A stretch of 64,000 bases of DNA from Promethearchaeota archaeon (lineage in GTDB: Archaea > Asgardarchaeota > Lokiarchaeia > Sigyniarchaeales > SOKP01), in NCBI GenBank assembly GCA_016839765.1, contig JAEOTP010000007.1:1-64000 (forward strand), in the 5' to 3' direction. The notes under the pieces were generated by a model. That model was not told the origin of the DNA. It did no database searches and saw nothing but the letters and a program-made list of their open reading frames with translations. Shown here piece by piece: positions 38,291 to 47,895 of this stretch. The stretch's first letter is position 1; each line of letters opens with the position of its first letter. The position numbers and the translations under genes were made by a program.

Positions 38291-40183
38291 GTGAAGAGAG
38301 ACAATACAATATACTTATTAAAATTAGGCGGTAGTTTACTAACTGATAAAAACGAACCTTCTTCATTAAGGGAAGATGTTATAAACAGAGCTATTGAACA
38401 GATTATAGAAAGTAATAAAAGAGTTGTTTTGATTCATGGCGGAGGTTCATTTGGTCACCCTATTGCAAAAAAATATCAATTATTTAAAGGATTAAACACA
38501 TCTATTAAAAATCAAGTATTAGGGCTTTCTAAAACTCATGAAATGATGAATCAACTTAATACAATAATAATAAACAAATTTTTAAAGAAGAATTACCCAG
38601 TTTTATCTATTTCACCTTCAGCAATATTTATTAAAAGATCTCAACAGTTTATACTTAATTCCATTGATCCAATTGAAATTTCATTGAAATTAGGGGTTTT
38701 ACCAATCCTCTATGGAGATATCATCCTAGAAAAAGATGGTTCCTTCTCAATAATATCTGGAGATGACATAATTTTAGAATTATGTAAGACCTTGAAGAAT
38801 TTTGAAATTGTTAAGGTTATTTTTGCTATTGAGAAAGACGGGATTTATGTAAAAGACGGAGATAGTATTGAATTTGCTTCACAAATTAATTTTGATGAAT
38901 TAAAAAGTGTAGAATTAGCTGATTTAGAGCATAAAATAGATGTGACCGGAGGAATTGGAAGAAAATTTGAAATTATAAAACAAATTGCTGAATTAAATAT
39001 TCCTGTTCAAGTTATTAATGGCTTAAAAAAAAATTATATCTTAAAATCTTTAAAAAACCAAAAGCTAGATTGCACAAATATTAGCTTATCTAAGGAAAAA
39101 GATGATATTCAAGCAATTCATACCAGAAAATTAGAACATTTAACAATCCCATTAGATTATAATGTACAATCCACTAAAAATTATTTTGACGAAATTATAT
39201 TAATACATCATCCATTACCTGAAATAGAATTACATGATGTTGAATTAGGAACCCAATTTTTCAATAAAAGTGTTTCCGCTCCTATTTGTATTGCAGCTAT
39301 AACTGGTGGCCATCCAATATCTAAAAAAATTAATAAAATATTAGCAGAAGCTGCTGAATCAGAAAATATAATAATGAGTGTTGGAAGTCAACGTATAGCA
39401 TTAGAGGATCAAACCGCTGTTGAATCCTTTCAAATCGTTCGAGAATGCGCTCCAAATATTCCTATTATTGGAAATCTTGGAATAGGACAAATAAGTTCTA
39501 ATGATTTTCAATTAGAAGAATTTCAAAAATGCATTGAAATGATAAATGCTGATATTATGGCAATTCATTTCAATGCTCTCCATGAATTAGTACAAAAAGA
39601 TGGTAATATTTATTATACAGCTTTTTCTGATAACTTTAAAACAGTAAGGGAAAGGTTTAAGATTCCCATAATTGCTAAAGAAGTTGGAACAGGCTTTAAC
39701 CGTGATCTAGCCTTACAGCTTGACCTTTTGGGTTTTGATGGATTTGACGTAGGAGGAATGGGAGGCACAAATTTTACTAGTATAGAATCAATTAGAGATA
39801 ATGATAATAATGAAAATTATACAAGAAAACTTGCTGATACACTAAAAAATTGGGGGATACCAACTCCAATTAGTATTTTAAATGTCAGAAGTACATCAAA
39901 AAAGCCTATCATTGCAACGGGAGGGTTAAGGACGGGACTTGATATTGCAAAAAGTATAGTTTTAGGAGCGGATATAGGAGGTTTTGCCTACAAATTCCTT
40001 AAATCTGCTTGGAAAGATTATAAACAAGAAACAATAACCAATACAATAAATGAAATTCGAACATTAAAACACGAATTACTGTCAGTAATGTGGTTATTAA
40101 ATATAGATAAAATTGAAAATCTTAAAAGTAAAAGAGAAAAAAGTATCCTCTTAGGAGATATGTATAAATGGGCTAACCAATAA
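38291..40183 (+). CDS. fni: Fusion of isopentenyl phosphate kinase and type 2 isopentenyl-diphosphate isomerase
   Basis: N-half LKLGGSLLTDK, HGGGSFGH, ISGD, DVTGGI (IPK); C-half RKLEHL, AITGG, VGSQR, AKEVGTG, GGTNF, WGIPT, TGGLRTG (IDI-2). Confidence 0.92.
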   Translation: MKRDNTIYLLKLGGSLLTDKNEPSSLREDVINRAIEQIIESNKRVVLIHGGGSFGHPIAKKYQLFKGLNTSIKNQVLGLSKTHEMMNQLNTIIINKFLKKNYPVLSISPSAIFIKRSQQFILNSIDPIEISLKLGVLPILYGDIILEKDGSFSIISGDDIILELCKTLKNFEIVKVIFAIEKDGIYVKDGDSIEFASQINFDELKSVELADLEHKIDVTGGIGRKFEIIKQIAELNIPVQVINGLKKNYILKSLKNQKLDCTNISLSKEKDDIQAIHTRKLEHLTIPLDYNVQSTKNYFDEIILIHHPLPEIELHDVELGTQFFNKSVSAPICIAAITGGHPISKKINKILAEAAESENIIMSVGSQRIALEDQTAVESFQIVRECAPNIPIIGNLGIGQISSNDFQLEEFQKCIEMINADIMAIHFNALHELVQKDGNIYYTAFSDNFKTVRERFKIPIIAKEVGTGFNRDLALQLDLLGFDGFDVGGMGGTNFTSIESIRDNDNNENYTRKLADTLKNWGIPTPISILNVRSTSKKPIIATGGLRTGLDIAKSIVLGADIGGFAYKFLKSAWKDYKQETITNTINEIRTLKHELLSVMWLLNIDKIENLKSKREKSILLGDMYKWANQ

Positions 40184-40196
40184 GAGAACTTATATT

Positions 40197-40445
40197 TTAT
40201 CTAAACTTTTTCCGTTCTCTTATTTCATTGATTAATTTTTTAACATATAAATCAAATTCTTCTTCAGTAACTTCTTCACTTTCAGGTGAATGTTTAAAAA
40301 ATTTGCTTAAATAGCTTAAATCTCTTTTAAAATCACCTGATTCCCAATCAAAAGCTAAAATGTCAATGCCTCCATCTGGTGTAGGTATGAATTTCACAGG
40401 TCTTCTGCCAAATATCATAAATAATGGGAGTTTAAACCCAGTCAC
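40197..40445 (-). CDS. Small hypothetical protein
   Basis: 82-aa ORF with GAGGT SD-like site upstream of the GTG start, downstream of 40484-42217. Confidence 0.65.
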   Translation of the reverse strand: MTGFKLPLFMIFGRRPVKFIPTPDGGIDILAFDWESGDFKRDLSYLSKFFKHSPESEEVTEEEFDLYVKKLINEIRERKKFR

Positions 40446-40483
40446 TTATTTCTACCTCTAATGAGATAATAGAATATTTAAAT

Positions 40484-42217
40484 TCACTCCTTTTTATATT
40501 TTTCTAAGATTTCTTGCTTTCTATGTCTCAAACTATCAAAATCATAATTTTGTTCAAAGAAAAAATCGAATGGATCTTTTATATCCTCCATTAATGGTTT
40601 TGAATAGAATTTTTCATACATATACTTACCTTTTTCAGTAATTTTTACCATAATCTGTTTTTCCTGGCTCAATAAACCATCCTCTATTAAATTTTTAACT
40701 ACAGAATTAATACCATTTTCTTTAAATATATAAAGACCAATATATGAAAAGCTTGTATAAATTTCTTCACTTTTCTTTAAAGAAAGCTGAAATTTCTCGT
40801 TAAGTTCATTTAAGGTAAATTTTTTTTCGGTATTATCAATAAAAACTGATAAAATCCATTTAATAATGTATTCCTTAAAATTTTCTTCATAGGACATTTG
40901 GAACTTCTCAAATTCAATCTCCTCTTCTTTTCCTGTTATAAATTCAATGAAAATCTCGATGATTTCTCTAAAAATGAATAAACTTACTGCTATTGCTATA
41001 ATTGGATCAAAATAAAAAAGAAATACAATTCCTTGAGATCTCCCAAATTCAGAAACAAGGGCACCTAAAATTATGCCAATAGAGATGAATATATTTACTC
41101 TTGAATCTATTGCGCTTGCGACTAATGATGAATTTCTATTCTTTTTTCCCACGAAATTTTTCAATGTACGTAAATAAGTGTTTAAAAATATAGATAATAC
41201 AGCAATAATTATAACAATTTGAGGCATTTTGATAGATTCTGGACCTGTTATTAAAGAAATAATTGATTCAAACAGTATTGTCCCACCTGCAAAGGCCATT
41301 AAGATTACTAAAACAATATTAACCAATTTTTCTTTTTTGTATCTTATTCCTATTCCAATTAATACAACTGCTATACAATCAAGGAAATTCTCAATACCTT
41401 CAGCTCGAAGCGAATCTGAGCTATAAGTTCCAATAAAAATTTTTAATAAACTAAGAATTAATAATCCAATAAATGATCTAATTAAGACTCCTCTACTGTT
41501 TAAAGTCTTATTGTATCTTTTTATTTGATTTTGTAAAGTCTCATTCCATAATACAACCTTTTCTTTTCCTTTAATATTTAAGGAAACAATATTGTCTTCA
41601 TTAATATCTGCTAGTCGAATACCACATAAATGGTATATTGAAGAAGCTGCGGTTTCATCATTAAAATAAACTTCTGGTATAAATATATTTAGCAACCCTT
41701 TGATACTGTCTTTTAATTTACCGAATTTCATTATTTTTTCCTGACTCAAATACTTCATAGCCGCATATTCTACTCTGTTTATTGGAAATAAATCTGACTT
41801 TCTTCTATGAAAAGCAACAGCAATTATTCTGATAAGGTGATTGATCGATATTAAAATAAGGCTTATAATACCTAAAATTAGTATAAAACTTGCAACTATC
41901 CCAAAACCGATATATTCACGATAAGTTAAATAATGAGAAATGAAATATATTTGTACATAAAGAAAGACAATTCCGAATAATATCCAAGGTGTTATTAAAT
42001 TTCTTACTACCTTTTTAATATGAAATTGTTTAAAGAATTCATTAATGGCTCTTCTCATATGGTGGCCAACAAAAAACGCCCCAATGTAGGTTATTATAAA
42101 ACTCCATTGAAAACTACCTGTCAATACAATTTCTATAATAGATGATATTAGAGATATTAAAAAGTAAGAAAGAAGTACTTTTTTATAATCTAACTCCCAA
42201 AACTTACTAAGACCCAT
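40484..42217 (-). CDS. Membrane protein with a cation-efflux (CDF)-like TM domain flanked by probable winged-helix domains
   Basis: SDSLRAEGIENFLD, SSLVASAIDSRVN, YFDPIIAIAV are CDF-like; LIEDGLL...VKITEKG is wHTH-like. Confidence 0.6.
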   Translation of the reverse strand: MGLSKFWELDYKKVLLSYFLISLISSIIEIVLTGSFQWSFIITYIGAFFVGHHMRRAINEFFKQFHIKKVVRNLITPWILFGIVFLYVQIYFISHYLTYREYIGFGIVASFILILGIISLILISINHLIRIIAVAFHRRKSDLFPINRVEYAAMKYLSQEKIMKFGKLKDSIKGLLNIFIPEVYFNDETAASSIYHLCGIRLADINEDNIVSLNIKGKEKVVLWNETLQNQIKRYNKTLNSRGVLIRSFIGLLILSLLKIFIGTYSSDSLRAEGIENFLDCIAVVLIGIGIRYKKEKLVNIVLVILMAFAGGTILFESIISLITGPESIKMPQIVIIIAVLSIFLNTYLRTLKNFVGKKNRNSSLVASAIDSRVNIFISIGIILGALVSEFGRSQGIVFLFYFDPIIAIAVSLFIFREIIEIFIEFITGKEEEIEFEKFQMSYEENFKEYIIKWILSVFIDNTEKKFTLNELNEKFQLSLKKSEEIYTSFSYIGLYIFKENGINSVVKNLIEDGLLSQEKQIMVKITEKGKYMYEKFYSKPLMEDIKDPFDFFFEQNYDFDSLRHRKQEILEKYKKE

Positions 42218-42319
42218 AGATTTCGACTCTCGACACTTATTTTGATTATATAAGGTAGATAATCGAATTATGAATAAATATTCTTTGATGTTTTTCTTTA
42301 AAAAGAAATTAAGGTTACA

Positions 42320-43387
42320 CTAATAATTCCTATTCATCACAAATTTTAAGAGACTTTCAAAAAATTCTGTTTCTGACGGATCTATTACTTTCTTTAGACC
42401 ATCTAGAGCATTTTTTGCTTTATCAAAATAATTTCTTGATAATTCCTTGCACGAATCAACTACTTCAGCTTCTAAAAACAAATCCTTGACTTTTTGAACA
42501 TCATTTTTTGCCATGTTTTGATTATGTATCAAATCATTAAGATGCTTTTTCTTACTATCATCCAATTTCTCATAAGCTTCTATTAATAAACAAGTCTTTT
42601 TACCTTCTCTTATATCTCCATCAGTTGGTTTTCCTGTTACTTTTTCATCCCCAAAAGTACCTAGGATGTCATCTATAATTTGAAAAACTATACCTAAATT
42701 AATGCCATAACTAGATAAGAGTTTAACGTTAGCTTTATTTACATTGGCATAATTTGCACCAATTAATAATGATTTTTCGATTAATGCGCCCGTTTTTAAG
42801 GAAATCATGTTAATATAGTCATTAATTGTTAATTCTTCCTTATTTACCATATCCATTTCAATTAAAACACCATTCGCAATTTCAATAAAAGCTTGCTCAT
42901 ACAAGGAAACCGCTTTTAAATTTAAATCTGTAGCAAAATCATTATAAAAATACGCTTCTAAACCTAAGAAAAACGCTGTATCACCACCTATTATTCCTAT
43001 GGAATTACCAAAATCTAACGCATCCATCTTTTGTAGACTGTACTTCTTGTGATAATTCTGAAATCTATAATGAAAAGCAGGATTTCCTCTTCTAAAATTA
43101 TCTTTATCTATAATATCGTCGTGTACTAATGAGGCATTGTGAAGAAATTCGATTCCAACACTTGGAATTAAAATTCTTTCATCTTTTTCTTTCTTAAATG
43201 CGTTATAGGCAGCTATAGTGAGGATTGGGCGAATCCTTTTACCCCCACTGAGAAAATAATCTTGAAGTTCTGAATAATAACTAATTAAAAAATCATCTTT
43301 TATATTTTTTAACTTTCTTTCAAAAAGATTATTAATTTCTTCGTTAATCTTTGGTCTATAAAGCCCTAAATAATTTAAAAATTTAAT
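42320..43387 (-). CDS. idsA: trans-polyprenyl diphosphate synthase (GGPP/GFPP synthase family), 355 aa, probable ATT start
   Basis: Frame is open 120 codons upstream of the 43027 call and contains GGKRIRP, HNASLVHDDIID and RRG; KTG, FQIIDDILG and DIREGKKT lie downstream; no in-frame ATG/GTG/TTG upstream, ATT 43387 follows TAGTGA. Confidence 0.88.
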   Translation of the reverse strand: MKFLNYLGLYRPKINEEINNLFERKLKNIKDDFLISYYSELQDYFLSGGKRIRPILTIAAYNAFKKEKDERILIPSVGIEFLHNASLVHDDIIDKDNFRRGNPAFHYRFQNYHKKYSLQKMDALDFGNSIGIIGGDTAFFLGLEAYFYNDFATDLNLKAVSLYEQAFIEIANGVLIEMDMVNKEELTINDYINMISLKTGALIEKSLLIGANYANVNKANVKLLSSYGINLGIVFQIIDDILGTFGDEKVTGKPTDGDIREGKKTCLLIEAYEKLDDSKKKHLNDLIHNQNMAKNDVQKVKDLFLEAEVVDSCKELSRNYFDKAKNALDGLKKVIDPSETEFFESLLKFVMNRNY

Positions 43388-43738
43388 AGAAAATCACTAA
43401 AATTTATTGTGTTATTTCTTAATTTAAATTGATTTTAAATAAAAGTGCTATCAAATTTAGAATAATATGAAAGGTTTGATAGATGTGATAAATTAATAAT
43501 TTAATAAAAAATATTGTTCTCTGATATGATAAAAAAGAATCGATACAGATTTTCTTATTAATTCTTTATTAAATTACTAAATTCACTTAGTATAATTATT
43601 ATAAAAAACACATTCTTTTGATGATACTATAAAGACAAACAAGTATTTCGCTTACTAAGAATCTTAATACCAACATTATGGAGATATAAAAATCAAGGTG
43701 TTTTAAAAACCAAATTATCGAAAAATTAATAGAAAAAA

Positions 43739-44965
43739 ATGAGATTAACTGAGGTTATCCATGTAAAGCATTCATTAGAATTATCAAAAGTATGTCATTT
43801 AGCTAAGAACCTTTATAATTTAGCTAATTGGTATATAAGACAGGATTTCTTTAATCTTAATAATGTTTTAACCTATTATGATTTAGACTTTATTTTGAAA
43901 CATACACAAGCTTATCAGAATCTTCCCTCTCAAACTTCACAGCAAATTCTCAAATATGTGAATAGAAACTGGAAATCTTATTTTAGAGCGATAAAAGAAT
44001 ATAACCGAGATAACAAGAAGTTTAAGCAAAAACCCAGAATCCCCAGTTACAAAAAGAAAAGTGGAGAATCTATTGTAGTTTTTACCAATCAACAATGCCG
44101 GATAAAAAAAGGATATTTACATTTTCCAAAAAGGGTTAATCTTGAATCAATTAAAATTAGAATTAAAAATAAATTAAAGGAAGTAAGGATAATCCCTTTA
44201 GGAGTAAAATATAAAATTGAAACGATATATGAAAAAGAAGAGAAGGAGTTAGGATTAGATAAAGAGTATATTTTAAGCATTGATTTAGGGTTGAATAATC
44301 TCATAACTGCAGAAAATAATAGGTGTACCCCATTTATTATAAAAGGTGGGATGATAAAATCTATAAATCAATATTATAACAAACAATTGGCATATTTTAG
44401 AAGTATTGAAAATAAGAAGGGAAATTTTAGTGATACAAAAAGAATTCAAAAACTGCATTTAACTCGAAACAATAAACTTACTACATTGTTTCATCGAATT
44501 TCCAAAAATGTAATTAAGTATTGTATTCAAAATAACATTGGAACAATTTTAATAGGATACAATAACGGATGGAAGCAGAACATTAGTTTTGGAAAAAAAA
44601 AAAATCAGAAATTTATTCAAATTCCTTTCTTGAAATTAGTAAAACAAATTGAATATAAAAGTAAATTGAAAGGGATTCAAGTTAAGCGAGTTGAAGAATC
44701 TTACACTTCCAAATGCTCTTTCTTAGACAAAGAATCTATTGAAAAACATGAAAAGTATGGAGGAAAAAGAATTTCCAGAGGCTTGTTTAAAACTTCTAAA
44801 GGTATTCTAATCAATGCCGATGTGAATGGGGCATATAATATCATGAAAAAAGCATTCCCAAATGCCGTTTCGGTGGATGGGATAGAGGCATTCGGACTAA
44901 TGCCACAAATAATTCAACAACACATCGCTGATAAGATTATTTGCAATAAAATGGGTATAGTATAA
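43739..44965 (+). CDS. tnpB: IS200/IS605-family RNA-guided endonuclease TnpB (solo, IS1341-like)
   Basis: AKNLYN, LPSQTSQQ, RuvC-I SIDLGLNNL, EESYTSKCSFLD, RuvC-III NADVNGAYNI; no tnpA adjacent. Confidence 0.92.
   Translation: MRLTEVIHVKHSLELSKVCHLAKNLYNLANWYIRQDFFNLNNVLTYYDLDFILKHTQAYQNLPSQTSQQILKYVNRNWKSYFRAIKEYNRDNKKFKQKPRIPSYKKKSGESIVVFTNQQCRIKKGYLHFPKRVNLESIKIRIKNKLKEVRIIPLGVKYKIETIYEKEEKELGLDKEYILSIDLGLNNLITAENNRCTPFIIKGGMIKSINQYYNKQLAYFRSIENKKGNFSDTKRIQKLHLTRNNKLTTLFHRISKNVIKYCIQNNIGTILIGYNNGWKQNISFGKKKNQKFIQIPFLKLVKQIEYKSKLKGIQVKRVEESYTSKCSFLDKESIEKHEKYGGKRISRGLFKTSKGILINADVNGAYNIMKKAFPNAVSVDGIEAFGLMPQIIQQHIADKIICNKMGIV
44887..44917 (+). mobile_element. Possible IS200/IS605 right end / omega-RNA 3' hairpin
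   Basis: GGCATT-cggact-AATGCC hairpin (44887-44904) followed by TCAA (44914-44917) within the tnpB 3' end. Confidence 0.35.
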
Positions 44966-45039
44966 CTCATTTTAATAGTCTACTTCTTTACAAAGATATC
45001 AAAAATGTTTTTAATTTTTATGAGATTATTGTTTATACC

Positions 45040-47895
45040 TTGATCGAAAAAAAAGGTCATTATTCGGGAAACAGAAGAATCGATACATCTCGTTTTAATG
45101 AACCAGATTTAGATGATGAAAAATCTAGAGAAAAATGGTTCGGAGGAAAAAGAAAAGTTAATACGAGTCGGTTATTACCAAAATGGATAAATTCAATTTC
45201 AAAATCAACTAGTCCCGAGAGTTTGCGAATTCACATTGTGGGACAATCACATATTGATATAGCTTGGATGTGGCGATATGAACAAACAAAGAAAAAGGCT
45301 CAAAAAACTTTTAAAAAGGCTGTATTGCACTCAAATATATTTCCAGACAGATTTCGTTTTGCATTAAGTGAACCATTACTTTTAGATTGGGTTAAAAAAG
45401 ATAATCCAGTTTTGTTTAACGAAATTCAAGATTTAGTGAAAAGAGGAAATATTGAGCTCGTTGGTGGATCATACGTTGAACCTGATTGTATGATGCCATC
45501 AGGCGAATCTTTTATTAGACAGAGATTATATGGTATGAGATTTTACATGGAGAATTTTGGCATTCTTCCTAATGTAGAGTGGTATTTAGATTCTTTTGGG
45601 TATAATCATGGTCTATCCCAGATATTAGCAAAATCAGGAGCGAGATATTTTTGGACTAGTAAATTAACATGGAATAAAGACACAGTATTCCCATTTGTTA
45701 ACTTTTGGTGGCAAGGACCTGATGGATCAAGAATTTTAACCGCGAATTTTGGTATGGGAATGGGACCTTTAGAAAATTGGAAAAGGTTCGAAGTAGGGAG
45801 ACACTTACTTAAAAGAGATGGAAGAAAAGTCTGGAATTATAACTTAGATTATGAAACTCTAAATCAACATGTTGAAAAAGAAATATGTCCACACGTGGGA
45901 TATTTTTTTGGACATGGAGATGGCGGACATGGACCTACACATAAAGAAGTAGCATTTGCAAACGAGTTAGCTAAAAATTCAATGTTTAAATGGAGTAAAA
46001 TTGAAGATTTTTACAAAGAACTAGAAAATTACAGCGAAAAATTTCCTATATGGAATGACGAGTTGTACTTAGAAACCCATAGAGGTTGTTTCTCAAATCA
46101 TGCTGAAGTTAAAAGATATAATCGAAAGTTCGAAAATTTACTCGTTTCTCTTGAAATCCTATCAACAATTTTAACTAAACTTTTACCAGAGTTTCAATAT
46201 CCTAAAGAACATTTAGAATTATTATGGAAAATAACACTTAAAAATCAGTTTCATGATATTCTTCCGGGGAGCTCTATTCCTGAAGTATATGATGATTGTT
46301 GGGAAGATTGGAATGAACAAAAAGTCTTATTTAAATCCATTTTCAATGAAATGGGAAATTCTTTATCAAATGATAATAGTATTTCAGATAAAGAGAATTC
46401 GGCTGATATTTATTTTTTTAATCCATCTAGCTGGGAAAGAAACTCAAGAGTTTTTATACCCATAACAGTTTTCAATAATAATTTAGAGTTGAATAATCAT
46501 AATGCACCCAATTACGCTAAAGTGAAAATCTTTGATGGCAAGAATAAGGATTATATTTGCCAACCAATCAGAGCAGAATCGTATGATACAATAGATCCTA
46601 CGCCTGCTGGCTGGTGGACAGTTATGCCATTAAAACCTTTATGTTTAACTCCAGCAAAGATAACACTTTTCAACGAAAAAGAAAGTAAAAAGATTAAAAA
46701 TTCAGAGATATTGAAAGCAAGTGAAAATTTTCTATCAAATAAAGTTCTCTCAGTAAAGATTAATCCAAAAAATGGAGCAGTAATCGAGTTATTAGCAAAG
46801 TACATTGATAAAGGTAAAAATTTGTTAAATGGCGAATCTTCTAATTTGACATTTGGTTATCTTGATATTGGATATGAAGGCTTTAGTGCATGGAATTTAA
46901 CACGTAATTATTGGGAACATCCATTAGAGCTTGATAATAGCAATAAAACTAAAGTAAAAATAATTAATTCAGGACCGATCTTTGCCTCATTAGAAATATC
47001 CAAAGAACTTGGTATTAATCCTGTAAGCCAAAAAATTACTCTATTCAAAGATCTACCCCTTGTTTATCTTGAGTACAACACAAATTGGAAGCAATCTGAT
47101 GCTATGTTAAAAATATTATATAGTACTAACACTAAAGCGGATATAGTAACTTCAGATGGAGTCTATTGTGCAATACAACATAAAACAAATCCAAAAGTTC
47201 CATGTGATAAAGCTCGATTTGAAAAAATCTGTCACAAATATATTGACTTAAGTACACCTGATAGAAAATGGGGTATAGCTTTACTTAATGAAGGCAAATA
47301 TGCTTTTGATGTAAATGATCAAGAAATGAGGTTAACAATGCTTCGTTGCTGTAAATATCCTCCACCATCAATAGACGCTTGGGTAAATAAGGAAAGAAAA
47401 GTAAATAAAGAAAAATTCAACCATGTTGTTCCCACTCATAGCGGATTAGGACCTTTTAAGTGTCGATATGCTCTATTTCCTCACAATGGAGGTGCTTTAT
47501 TAAATCCTGATGGATCGGCCAACGTTGCAGTGAAAAGAAAAGCAGAAGAATTTAATAATCCAATAATTACTTTACCATCTAAAGGTCATAGACTAGATAC
47601 AATAGATCCAATTTTAGAAATTCAACCACCAAATGTTTATTTGGGTGCTTTAAAATTAAAAGAATGGACTAAATCAGATAATATTATTATCAGATTTTTT
47701 GAAGGGTCAGGAATTTCAACAACAGCAAGAATTAAGATAAATTCAGGTTTACTTGATAAAATTTCTTTAATTCAACCAATGGATTTGCTTGAACGTGAAA
47801 TAAATAAAAGTTATGAATTTAAAAGAGATTTAGGAATTTTAACTTTTGAAATAAATAAATTTGAGATTTGTACATTTGAACTTGTATTAAATTAA
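45040..47895 (+). CDS. Alpha-mannosidase, glycoside hydrolase family 38
   Basis: SHIDIAWMW, VEPDCMMPSGES, DSFGY, GDGGHGP, ELYLETHRG, NQFHDILPGSSI. Confidence 0.93.
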   Translation: MIEKKGHYSGNRRIDTSRFNEPDLDDEKSREKWFGGKRKVNTSRLLPKWINSISKSTSPESLRIHIVGQSHIDIAWMWRYEQTKKKAQKTFKKAVLHSNIFPDRFRFALSEPLLLDWVKKDNPVLFNEIQDLVKRGNIELVGGSYVEPDCMMPSGESFIRQRLYGMRFYMENFGILPNVEWYLDSFGYNHGLSQILAKSGARYFWTSKLTWNKDTVFPFVNFWWQGPDGSRILTANFGMGMGPLENWKRFEVGRHLLKRDGRKVWNYNLDYETLNQHVEKEICPHVGYFFGHGDGGHGPTHKEVAFANELAKNSMFKWSKIEDFYKELENYSEKFPIWNDELYLETHRGCFSNHAEVKRYNRKFENLLVSLEILSTILTKLLPEFQYPKEHLELLWKITLKNQFHDILPGSSIPEVYDDCWEDWNEQKVLFKSIFNEMGNSLSNDNSISDKENSADIYFFNPSSWERNSRVFIPITVFNNNLELNNHNAPNYAKVKIFDGKNKDYICQPIRAESYDTIDPTPAGWWTVMPLKPLCLTPAKITLFNEKESKKIKNSEILKASENFLSNKVLSVKINPKNGAVIELLAKYIDKGKNLLNGESSNLTFGYLDIGYEGFSAWNLTRNYWEHPLELDNSNKTKVKIINSGPIFASLEISKELGINPVSQKITLFKDLPLVYLEYNTNWKQSDAMLKILYSTNTKADIVTSDGVYCAIQHKTNPKVPCDKARFEKICHKYIDLSTPDRKWGIALLNEGKYAFDVNDQEMRLTMLRCCKYPPPSIDAWVNKERKVNKEKFNHVVPTHSGLGPFKCRYALFPHNGGALLNPDGSANVAVKRKAEEFNNPIITLPSKGHRLDTIDPILEIQPPNVYLGALKLKEWTKSDNIIIRFFEGSGISTTARIKINSGLLDKISLIQPMDLLEREINKSYEFKRDLGILTFEINKFEICTFELVLN

